DNA of 32,000 nucleotides, taken from assembly GCA_000090985.2 (NCBI GenBank), contig CP001576.1:1016155-1048154 (forward strand), written 5' to 3'. The stretch's first letter is position 1; each line of letters begins with the position of its first letter. This document shows positions 24,830-32,000 of the stretch, one piece after another. The notes below the pieces were generated by a model. That model saw only the letters and a list, made by a program, of their open reading frames with translations, was not told the DNA's origin and ran no database searches. The stretch is from Micromonas sp. Lineage: Eukaryota. The translations under genes and the position numbers were made by a program.

Positions 24830-27800
24830 ATGCGACGCCAACGCGGCCCCCTGGGCCTTTGGGTGACTACTCTGCTCTCCACGTCGTATGGAATCCGCGC
24901 GGTGGTCGGGCAAACCTCAAGTGCGGTCTCCCGGCCGCCGCCGTCGCCGCCGTCGCCCCCCCCGCCGATGCCGCTCATGCCGCCCGCGCCCTCGCCTCCG
25001 CCCGCGTACGCCTCCAATTTCAACCTCACGCTCCAGGGAACGTCGAGCTCCAAGGCGTACGTCGACAACCCCGACCCGACGTACCAGACGCTCAAGCTGT
25101 GCGATGTCGACAGCCTCGGCACGGGTGACGAGAAAGACCCAGAGATTCTCAACGTGGCGTTCTACCAGCACAAGGTTGCCGTCTCCGGCGACGTCATGGT
25201 CATCGGGTCGGCGTGGGAGAGGGTCGCGGAGCAGTGCGACGGCGGAGCCGCGCACGTCTACGCCAGAACACCCGTCTCTGCGGACAGTGCTACCACCACT
25301 CAAGAATACGCGTGGACGCACGTGCAGAAGATCACGTCCAGGGACGTGTTCAACAACCAAGGATCGGATTCTGGAAACGAATTCCTCACCAGGAACTTCG
25401 GCCACGCCGTCGCGGTTGACGGAGACACGATGGTCGTCTCGCACTACGTCGGCCGATACGTCAACGTGTACACCCGGTCCGACCCGAACGACCGCGCGTC
25501 GCTGTGGACGCTGCGCGCCAAGCTGGAGGTTCCCTCGCTGACGCATCCGGAGACGAACAAGGACCATTGGACAGAGGGGTTCGGTTACGCCGTGGCGGTG
25601 GACGGGGACACCGTCGTCGTGTCGCAGCCCGGCACGTACGCGGAGGGCGACGACCACGTCACGCGCAGGAAATACAGAGGCGCGGTGCACGTGTTCACCC
25701 GCGACGTCCCGAACGACTTGACGTCCACGTGGCGATACGTCTCGAGGCTCTCCACCGACGCGTTTGACGATTTCGCATTCGTCGGGCAGCAGACGCTCTT
25801 CGGGCAGACGGTGGCGATCGACGGTGACGTCATCGTCGTCGGCACCGACAACCTCGAGGGCGAAACGCCGGAGTCGGACATCGGGAAAACGACGACGCAG
25901 TACCCATCGGAGTGCACCGGCGTGCACGTCTTTGTCCGTCAATCGCCGGGCGACCTCGCGTCAAAGTTTAAATGGATCCAGGTTGTCGACTCGCAGTGGG
26001 GTTGGACCGACGGGGACATGCGATGCGAACCGGAATTCGGCAAGAGCGGGCTGACGATTCGCGACGGCGTCCTCGTCGTCGGGTCGAGGGCGGAATGGAT
26101 CCAACAGAGAATCAATCGCGACGGGTGCGGAGGCGAACAAGGCGCGGCGTACGTGTTCGAACGCATCGACCCAAACGCGATCGACTCCAACTGGACGCTC
26201 GTACAGAAGATCACTCCGCCGTACGTCGGGTGCAACCAACGCGGCAGCTTCGGCTGGAACGCGGCGATGTCCGACGGTGCGCAGACGCTGGTCATCTCCG
26301 AACCGAGGGCGTCGTGGGAGTGGGACTACCCGTCGTTAACAGAGTACGACGCTTCAAGAAAGCATCTCTCCGCCGGCGCGGTGCACGTGTACACGCGGGG
26401 CCAGGACTCGGCGGCGCCGAACGCGTCCTGGTTTTCGCTCAAGGCGACGATCGGGCAGGGCGGTCTGGACGCGCCAACGCGTGTCGGGTGGACCGACGCG
26501 GACGCCACGAACGCGATGTTCGGCGCGGGTGTCGCCATTCACGAGGATACCCTCGCGGTGACATGCGTTAAACACTTCACAGCTGTGTACGCTCTGGACG
26601 GCGTGCCTACGCCGTGGATCGTGCCGGAGGAGGAACCCGGCCCGTGGATCAACACCCTGTTCCGGGACGCCGGCACGACGATGGCGTCGCTGGCGGTGCT
26701 GATGGGCCTCGGACCGAGCGCCGCGTTCGCCGTCGCCGCCATCTTTTTCAAACCCGCGCTGAGGAACTGGCTCATCAAGCACGGGATGAAAAAACTCGCG
26801 GATAAAATCGTCCCCGACCTCGCGGATGATTTCCGCCTGATGCAGATCGAGATGGAGGAGATGAAGAACTTCATGGCGGAGCAGGCGTTCCCGCGGTTGA
26901 AGCTGGGCGTCGACGTCCACCCCGAGATCGCCGCGGAGGACATCGTGCTCGAGCCTCTTCCGGAGTTTGCCGCCGCCCCCGAGAAAAAAAACGGTGGCGC
27001 CTCCTTCGGGACGGTTCAAGTCGCCGTCGTTCGCGGCGAGAAGTGCGACGTCAACACCGTGCTCCCCGGCGCCGGCGCCGTGGGGGTCCCGGACGACGTC
27101 GCCAAGACGATCAAAAAAGAGATCAACCTCATCTCCACCTTTAACCACCCGAACCTGGTCAAGGTGAAGGGCGCGTGCGCGGAGAAGGGGCAGATTGTGA
27201 TGGAACACTGCGACGGGGGAACCGTGGGAGACGCGCTGCTCGCGAAGACCGGCGACGACGAGAACGGCATGTCGCCGTGGCAGCGCGCCAAGATTGCGAG
27301 CCAAACCGCGGCGGCGGCGGCGTACCTGCACAGGCAGGGCATGGCGCACGGGGATCTGAACGCCGATCGCGTTCAGTTGACAAACGACGGCGACGCGAAG
27401 CTCGGCGAGTACGGGATGAAGGAGACGAAGAAGAAGGTGAACAAGCTGACGGCGGCGGCGTTCATGATCGGCGCGGGCCTCGCCAGGGTCGCGGCGACGA
27501 CGCTCGAGATTGCCGAGGCGGTCATGGAGTCGTACGATCCGGAAGCCGCGCGGGGGAACCGGAACCGGCGGGGAAAGGCTTCGAGGAAAGGCCGAACAAA
27601 AACGGCTCGAACAAAAATCGCACCCGGGCCAGTGTGCGAATCGATCGACGATGCATCTTCGGACGGCGGCGGTTCATCTTCCGACGACGACGACGCGTTT
27701 AACGCGGAAGACGAGCCGGCGCGGGCGATGACCGCGGCGATGACCGCGCCCGAGCTCCTGCGAAGGAACGGCGGCGGCTTCGGCGGCGACCCGAAGTCCA

Positions 27801-28117
27801 CGCCGGCGTCTGACGTGTACTCTCTCGGGATGACGCTGTGGCAAATGTACGAGGGGCGGGGGCGCGCGCCTTTCGGGGACGCGGGGCCCCACGAAGTTCG
27901 CGCCAGGGTCCTCGCGGGCGAGCGACCGGGGTTCGAGAACGCGGACCTCAAGTTTGAGCTGAAAGGGTTGATCGAGTGCTGTTTAAAGGCGAATCCGAGG
28001 GAGCGGCCGAGCGCGGCGACGGTTGCGGTGACGATGAAAAAGATTGGAGAGACGGAGTCCAAGCGGGTCAAAACCGGCGACGGCGTCGTCAAGCACGAGA
28101 AAAAGTTCCGAATGTAG
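24830..28117 (+). CDS. Receptor-like protein: signal peptide, Pro-rich stalk, seven FG-GAP-like propeller repeats, one TM helix, degenerate protein kinase domain
   Basis: ATG at 24830 (MRRQRGPLGLWVTTLLSTSYGIRAVVG). SPPSPPPP tract. Repeated blades (VAVSGDVMVIGS..GAAHVY, AVAVDGDTMVVSH..VNVYTR, AVAVDGDTVVVSQP..GAVHVFTR, TVAIDGDVIVVGT..GVHVFVR, LTIRDGVLVVGS..GAAYVFER, AAMSDGAQTLVISEP..GAVHVYTR, GVAIHEDTLAVTC). TM helix MASLAVLMGLGPSAAFAVAAIFF. Kinase fold: GGASFGTV, HPNLVKVKGAC, YLHRQGMAHGDLNADRV, KLGEYG, TAPELL, SDVYSLGMTLWQM, NPRERPS. Confidence 0.85.
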   Translation: MRRQRGPLGLWVTTLLSTSYGIRAVVGQTSSAVSRPPPSPPSPPPPMPLMPPAPSPPPAYASNFNLTLQGTSSSKAYVDNPDPTYQTLKLCDVDSLGTGDEKDPEILNVAFYQHKVAVSGDVMVIGSAWERVAEQCDGGAAHVYARTPVSADSATTTQEYAWTHVQKITSRDVFNNQGSDSGNEFLTRNFGHAVAVDGDTMVVSHYVGRYVNVYTRSDPNDRASLWTLRAKLEVPSLTHPETNKDHWTEGFGYAVAVDGDTVVVSQPGTYAEGDDHVTRRKYRGAVHVFTRDVPNDLTSTWRYVSRLSTDAFDDFAFVGQQTLFGQTVAIDGDVIVVGTDNLEGETPESDIGKTTTQYPSECTGVHVFVRQSPGDLASKFKWIQVVDSQWGWTDGDMRCEPEFGKSGLTIRDGVLVVGSRAEWIQQRINRDGCGGEQGAAYVFERIDPNAIDSNWTLVQKITPPYVGCNQRGSFGWNAAMSDGAQTLVISEPRASWEWDYPSLTEYDASRKHLSAGAVHVYTRGQDSAAPNASWFSLKATIGQGGLDAPTRVGWTDADATNAMFGAGVAIHEDTLAVTCVKHFTAVYALDGVPTPWIVPEEEPGPWINTLFRDAGTTMASLAVLMGLGPSAAFAVAAIFFKPALRNWLIKHGMKKLADKIVPDLADDFRLMQIEMEEMKNFMAEQAFPRLKLGVDVHPEIAAEDIVLEPLPEFAAAPEKKNGGASFGTVQVAVVRGEKCDVNTVLPGAGAVGVPDDVAKTIKKEINLISTFNHPNLVKVKGACAEKGQIVMEHCDGGTVGDALLAKTGDDENGMSPWQRAKIASQTAAAAAYLHRQGMAHGDLNADRVQLTNDGDAKLGEYGMKETKKKVNKLTAAAFMIGAGLARVAATTLEIAEAVMESYDPEAARGNRNRRGKASRKGRTKTARTKIAPGPVCESIDDASSDGGGSSSDDDDAFNAEDEPARAMTAAMTAPELLRRNGGGFGGDPKSTPASDVYSLGMTLWQMYEGRGRAPFGDAGPHEVRARVLAGERPGFENADLKFELKGLIECCLKANPRERPSAATVAVTMKKIGETESKRVKTGDGVVKHEKKFRM

Positions 28118-28161
28118 AATTCACGTATTTACACCAACACATCAGATAGACTACACATCGT

Positions 28162-29133
28162 TCAATCGCGAAAAACCTCGGCGAAACCCATGAGTCGCGG
28201 CGTCAGGTACGCGGAGAGGTGCCTGAGCGCGGCAAACTCCGCAAAGGAAACCGCGATGTTCATGTTGACCCGCTGCCCCCCGTTCGCGCCGTCGCCGCCC
28301 GTCGTGACCCCCATGTTGAGGAAGATCCCCCCGCTCCCGTCCGGCATGGGCTCCGCCTTGAGCGATTTGGTCATCGCGCCCTGCCTGTTGGTGCCCATCC
28401 CCGGGTCGTGGAAAAAGTTTACCCCTCGGCCGAAGTGCAGCGACTCGGTGAGCTCGACGAGCTCCAACGGCGAGAGCATGATGGTCTGCTTCTGCGCCCA
28501 GTCGTACTGCCGCGGGCCCACCGCCGGGGCCATCTCGAGCAACACCCCGCCGTCCCGCTTCTTCGCCCGGCTGCCGTCCGGCTTGACCTCGAACGTGGGC
28601 TTGATCACCTGGAACTTGGCCGCGGCTTTGCTCTTGTACACGGCGTAGTCGCAGTAAACCCGAGAACCGGCGTCGTCGTTGGCGCTTGATGCCTTGTTGT
28701 TACCAGCGGTGAACTGGCGGGCGCCGGTGGCTTGCGGCGGGGGCGGCGGCGGCGGGGGCGCCCCGGGGCCCGGGACGTGATCCCGCTGTTGGAACCGCCG
28801 GCGCTGGCCATCCGCCGGCGGGGGCGGCGGCGGCGACTGATACGATCGCGCATGCTGCTGCTGCTGGCCCCCGTGCTGCTGCTGCTGCTGCGCCTGTCCG
28901 CCGTAGGCTTTCGCCTGGCCAGCCTTGGCGGTGCTCGGGACCCACACCACGGATTTGCCCTTACCCCCGCCCCACTTGCCGCCCTCGTCGAAGGAGAGCG
29001 GGGGCAGGCCGGAGCCCGCGGAACGGTGCGCCGCCGTCGTCGTCGCCGCCGACCGACGATGGTGTTGTTGTTGATGATGATGGTGGGAGAAGGAGGAGGA
29101 CGCGATGATGGGCGCGGCGGCGGCGGGTTTCAT
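28162..29133 (-). CDS. WHY: Whirly-family single-stranded DNA-binding protein with Gln/His/Pro-rich N-terminal region
   Basis: RVYCDYAVYKSKAAAKFQVIKPTFEV..RDGGVLLEMAPAVGPRQYDWAQKQTIMLSPLELVEL..HDPGMGT..KSLKAEPMPDGSGGIFLNM...AEFAALRHLSAYLTPRLMGF. The first ATG in frame is at 29133 (MKPAAAAPIIASSSF...); the ORF-track start at 29487 is a TTG. PolyQ is encoded by CTG runs at 28855-28866 and 28876-28890 on the plus strand. Confidence 0.85.
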   Translation of the reverse strand: MKPAAAAPIIASSSFSHHHHQQQHHRRSAATTTAAHRSAGSGLPPLSFDEGGKWGGGKGKSVVWVPSTAKAGQAKAYGGQAQQQQQHGGQQQQHARSYQSPPPPPPADGQRRRFQQRDHVPGPGAPPPPPPPPQATGARQFTAGNNKASSANDDAGSRVYCDYAVYKSKAAAKFQVIKPTFEVKPDGSRAKKRDGGVLLEMAPAVGPRQYDWAQKQTIMLSPLELVELTESLHFGRGVNFFHDPGMGTNRQGAMTKSLKAEPMPDGSGGIFLNMGVTTGGDGANGGQRVNMNIAVSFAEFAALRHLSAYLTPRLMGFAEVFRD

Positions 29134-29853
29134 CGCGGGCGCGTGCTGCGCGGCGAGTGTGCGCGCCTGCGTTCGCGGACGGGCGGGGAAGGGGCGCGGT
29201 GGGTCAGCGGGGGCCCGGACGAGGGGGACGGAGAGGGGCGTCGGAGGAGGGCGTTTGGTCGAGGACGCCGGAAACGCGCGCGGGAGTGCCGTTGGGATAT
29301 TCCCATCTCCGGCGTCGACTACGTTGTCGAATGGGCCGACCGCGGGGACCGACGACGGCGGGGTCGCGACGCCGACTGCGCGAACGGGGAACGGGTCGGC
29401 GCGGCGCGCGTACGCACCAGCGAGGCGGATCTCGCGAGCCTCTGGGGCAGGGACATGACGGTCACGCGGGCGGTGCCTGACATTCAAAACACGGAAAAGG
29501 ACACCGGAAAAGAGAGCACCGGAGCGATGTCCGGGGCGCTCTCGCTTCCGTCGGTGCGACCGCGCGCGTTCGGGGCGGGGTCCGGGGCGGTTTCGAGTGA
29601 ACGGGAGTCGTCGCCGGTGGCGCGGCGGCGCGAGAATCTCGCGAGGGTTCGGCGCGGGCGATGAACGCGTCCACCGGCGCGGCGCGGCTCAGCGAAGTGC
29701 GCAGCCTCGGCACCGCCGAAAGGACGAGTTCACGAACCAACAATCGGCATCCAGCGGTCATCCAGTCATCACGCACGCAGCGAAAGTCACAGTGCCCCCG
29801 TCGCGCAACCGACTCGAGGCGCCGCGGGCACACCTCGAGGCGCGGACGTCGCC

Positions 29854-30797
29854 ATGCCGAAGGTTGCCGTCGTCGAGGAGGTCGCCCGTCCCGTGGTGGA
29901 CGCTCCGGCGTCGCCCGAGGGCATGGAAAACCTCAAGGTGCACGCCGAGTTTGCGGAGCGATACACCGCCCCATTCTGCCTCGGACCCGCGCGCGAGTGC
30001 TTCTGCTGCGGGAGCCTGTGCAACAAGCATCACGGCTGCGGGTACAACTGCAGGCAGTGCTGCTGCGACGACCTGCAGGTGCGTTCATGGGACCGCCCGG
30101 GCGGCTGACGCCGCTCGTCCTCGTCTCCCGACGCGATCCGGCTTCCGCGCGGCGCCCGCCCCGACCGACCCTCTCGCTGACGAATTCTCATCCCCAACAC
30201 CCGCGCGTTCGACATCGCGCGAAAAACAGCTGTACTGGAAGAGCGTGTTCTGCATGCCCTGCGTGCTCAGCGAGATGGTCACCACGGCGAGGCTGGGCAG
30301 CGGTCTCAACACCATCCTCTACTTCGGCTTCTGCGTCGGCGTCACGCAGGTGCTCCCGCTGCTCGGGTGGACCGTCGCGTCCAGGCAAATCACGGATACC
30401 GTCAACGCGGCGACCAATCGCTTCGGCGTCCGAGAGAAGGTCCCGTGGCTGTGCGACCGGAGCGACGCGGACGGGTGCATCTGCGGCACGTTCTGGTGCC
30501 CGTACTGCGTCATCGTGAGGGCGCAGATGGAGATTCGGCACAGGGCACGCGCGGGGGTCGAGGTGGGTCACGGGATCTATCGACCCCATCCACCGCCGCA
30601 CGTCATGCGGATGAAGAGGTGCGTTTATTTTAATCTTTGTATGGGCAATTAGAATGACGACGTGGTTTTTTATTTGTGGTTTTTTATTTCACAGGTCGGG
30701 AGTCGACGAGACGACGGGGGAGAAGAAGCCGCCAAAGTACGTCGGCATCAAGGAGAAGGAGGACCCGATGCCGTCGCAGGTGCGGGTCGAGCTGTGA
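29854..30797 (+). CDS. Cys-rich PLAC8/PCR-like membrane protein, 3 exons: join(29854..30078,30230..30618,30695..30797)
   Basis: Exon 1 runs from the ATG to ...CFCCGSLCNKHHGCGYNCRQCCCDDLQ|GTGCGT. The acceptor is gaaaaacag|CTG TAC TGG. Exon 2 encodes ...LYWKSVFCMPCVLSEM...CICGTFWCPYCVIVRAQMEIRHR (compare the PLAC8 C..C..Q..RE tail) and ends AAG AG|GTGCGT. A T-rich 76-nt intron follows, ...ttttttatttcacag|G TCG GGA ... CTG TGA. The identity call is by eye only. Confidence 0.55.
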
Positions 30798-30892
30798 ACG
30801 GCGGATGGAGGACGCGTCGATGGAGGGAGGGGCCGGCGGATGACGATTTATCCAGATTGTAACACTTATTCGAAGACTAACACTTACACTCA

Positions 30893-31070
30893 TTCGTGCC
30901 CGGGGCTTCGTGCCCGGGGACTTCTTGCCCGGGCTTCGTGCCCCGGGACTTCTTGCCCGGGCTTCGTGCCCCGGGACTTCTTGCCCGGGCTTCGTGCCCC
31001 GGGACTTCTTGCCCGGGACTTCTTGCCCGGGACTTCTTGCCCGGGACTTCTTGCCCGGGGCTTATTCGTG
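30893..31070. repeat. Minisatellite of about 12 units of 14-15 bp, each containing CCCGGG, between convergent genes
   Basis: Two unit types, TTCGTGCC(C)CGGG(G)C and ACTTCTTGCCCGGG, in order A A B A B A B A B B B B. CCCGGG recurs at 30899, 30913, 30928, 30942, 30956, 30970, 30984, 30998, 31012, 31026, 31040 and 31054. The array is flanked by ATTCGTG direct repeats and an ACTTACAC / GTGTAAGT inverted pair. Confidence 0.9.
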
Positions 31071-31124
31071 TAAGTAAACTACGATGATCCGGGACGTCAC
31101 ACGCGATGAGCCGCCCGAGGACGA

Positions 31125-32000
31125 TCACGTGCACATCACCGACCCCGGCTCGTCCAGCGGGTTCACCCCTTCCGCGCACTCCTCTCCGAGCCGAACCTCT
31201 TCCGCGAGGACCGCCTCCGCCGCGCTCGCCGCGGCCAACGCCTCGGCGTTGCGCTGCTCCGCGGTGGCTCTCAACTCGGCGTTTCTAGCCTCATACGCCT
31301 CCAGCGCCTCCGCCTCGGCGTCGATGGCCCGCACAGCTGTGTCGAACGCCCTGCTACCCGCGTCGGCAGCTGCGGCGTCCGCCTCTTCCTCGGTGGCGCC
31401 GTCGCGTAGGGCCTGGACCCGCGCTTTCCTCGACGCGGACGCTTTGGCGTAGTACGCGGCTTGCAGCCTCTCCTTCTCCTCGCGGTTCTCCGCTTCTCTG
31501 GCGTACGATTCGTCGACTCGGCGTTGGAGCTCGGCGCGTTGCGCGGCTTTCCTGGCTCGGCCCTCTTTCCACGGGTCGAGGTCGAACGCATTCGCGGCTT
31601 GGGCGCCGATGAACGATGCATGGGCCCGATGCGTGGGGACGGTCGTTAACCCCGAGTTGGTCATCGTCGACATCATCGGATGATCAGATGACGACGGGTG
31701 ATGACGTCGAGACTCTCGGGTGGACGACGACGCGGCGTCGTCGCCGTCGCGAAATGTTTCGATCGTGAACGCGCCAGGGGGCGGCGCGAGCACGGCGACG
31801 GACGCGACGAGGGACACAGCTGTGCGCGCCAGCCGCGTCGGACCCCAACCGCTCTCCGCGCCTTGGTCTGATCCCACGACGGCCGACGATGAACGCTCCT
31901 TGGATGAGCCGGACGCGGTCACCGGGGCGCGCCGGGAGGCCGCGCCGCCGCGCCCGCCACCGACTCGGCGCGCGCGAGGGATCGCCGCGCGTCCTCGCGA
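31125..32000 (-). CDS. Hypothetical Ala/Glu/Arg-rich coiled-coil protein (5' partial; frame open to window end)
   Basis: The minus frame is open from base 32000 (SRGRAAIPRARRVGGGRGGAASRRAP VTASGSS...); the ORF-track start at 31922 is a GTG. Heptad-like EAENREEKERLQAAYYAKASASRKARVQALRDGATEEEADAAAADAG...AEAEALEAYEARNAELRATAEQRNAEALAAA. No domain recognised. The opposite-strand ORFs are low-complexity. Confidence 0.5.
   Translation of the reverse strand, partial: SRGRAAIPRARRVGGGRGGAASRRAPVTASGSSKERSSSAVVGSDQGAESGWGPTRLARTAVSLVASVAVLAPPPGAFTIETFRDGDDAASSSTRESRRHHPSSSDHPMMSTMTNSGLTTVPTHRAHASFIGAQAANAFDLDPWKEGRARKAAQRAELQRRVDESYAREAENREEKERLQAAYYAKASASRKARVQALRDGATEEEADAAAADAGSRAFDTAVRAIDAEAEALEAYEARNAELRATAEQRNAEALAAASAAEAVLAEEVRLGEECAEGVNPLDEPGSVMCT

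Noticed and set aside
24141-24866. 241-aa ORF with PRLSPRLSPRLTPRLTPRL repeats upstream of the receptor-like gene.
   Set aside because: The repeats are simply the translation of the CGCCGCGGCT tandem array. The rest is low-complexity. The ORF starts at a non-ATG codon and runs into the leader of the next gene.
29597-30229. N-terminal 210 codons of the 351-aa ORF 29597..30652.
   Set aside because: It is Arg/Ala/Pro-rich with no features. The spliced model using the 29854 ATG exon explains the Cys-rich protein better.
1-32000. Mobile elements and introner-type repeated introns (known from one Micromonas lineage), LTRs, transposase, RT or integrase ORFs.
   Set aside because: No ORF has transposase, RT or integrase motifs. 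The few introns I could model (76-349 nt) share no obvious sequence with one another beyond splice signals. I cannot exclude family membership without a genome-wide search.

Overview
The window is high-GC (roughly two-thirds G+C by eye, not computed), very gene-dense eukaryotic nuclear DNA. I support 17 protein-coding genes and one tRNA gene in 32 kb. Intergenic spacers are mostly 70-500 bp. There are a few short GT-AG introns whose GC content is visibly lower than that of the exons.

Gene content includes a CP12-like protein, Whirly, a carotenoid cleavage dioxygenase, a TALE homeobox protein, a RING+PHD protein, ankyrin, an SLC35-type transporter, and Ala/Arg/Ser-rich transit-peptide-like N-termini. 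Together with the architecture, this fits a green picoalga of the Mamiellophyceae (Micromonas-like). That assignment is an inference, not verified. It is not prokaryotic, and I found no CRISPR array, operon, defence island or recognisable transposon.

In order, the genes are:
- JmjC oxygenase (5' partial)
- RNA 3'-phosphate cyclase
- RluA-type pseudouridine synthase
- dCMP deaminase
- CP12-like protein (3 exons)
- fused pyruvate-dehydrogenase-type E1 alpha-beta
- a multi-pass membrane protein
- TALE homeobox protein (2 exons)
- PHRF1-like RING+PHD protein
- ankyrin protein
- nucleotide-sugar transporter
- carotenoid cleavage dioxygenase
- di-iron fatty-acid-hydroxylase-family protein (3 exons)
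- tRNA-Gly(GCC)
- FG-GAP propeller receptor with a degenerate kinase domain
- Whirly ssDNA-binding protein
- PLAC8-like Cys-rich protein (3 exons)
- a coiled-coil hypothetical protein (partial at the window end)

I did not find a single clear new system. The items most worth a second look are:
1. Short DNA segments that recur inside unrelated coding sequences in different reading frames. These include a perfect 42-nt G-quadruplex-containing inverted repeat in the two divergently transcribed RNA-enzyme genes, 15-bp doublets around a GGTGASTCACC palindrome, and a 26-nt repeat.
2. A CP12 derivative with two N-terminal (PRK-type) modules and no C-terminal GAPDH-binding module.
3. A single-polypeptide E1 alpha-beta fusion.
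4. An integrin-like propeller fused to a predicted pseudokinase.
5. A TALE homeodomain with an over-long loop.
6. Structured repeat arrays and hairpins in several intergenic regions, including a possible Pol III ncRNA next to the tRNA.

Many long alternative-frame ORFs in the ORF track are GC-composition artefacts and were rejected.
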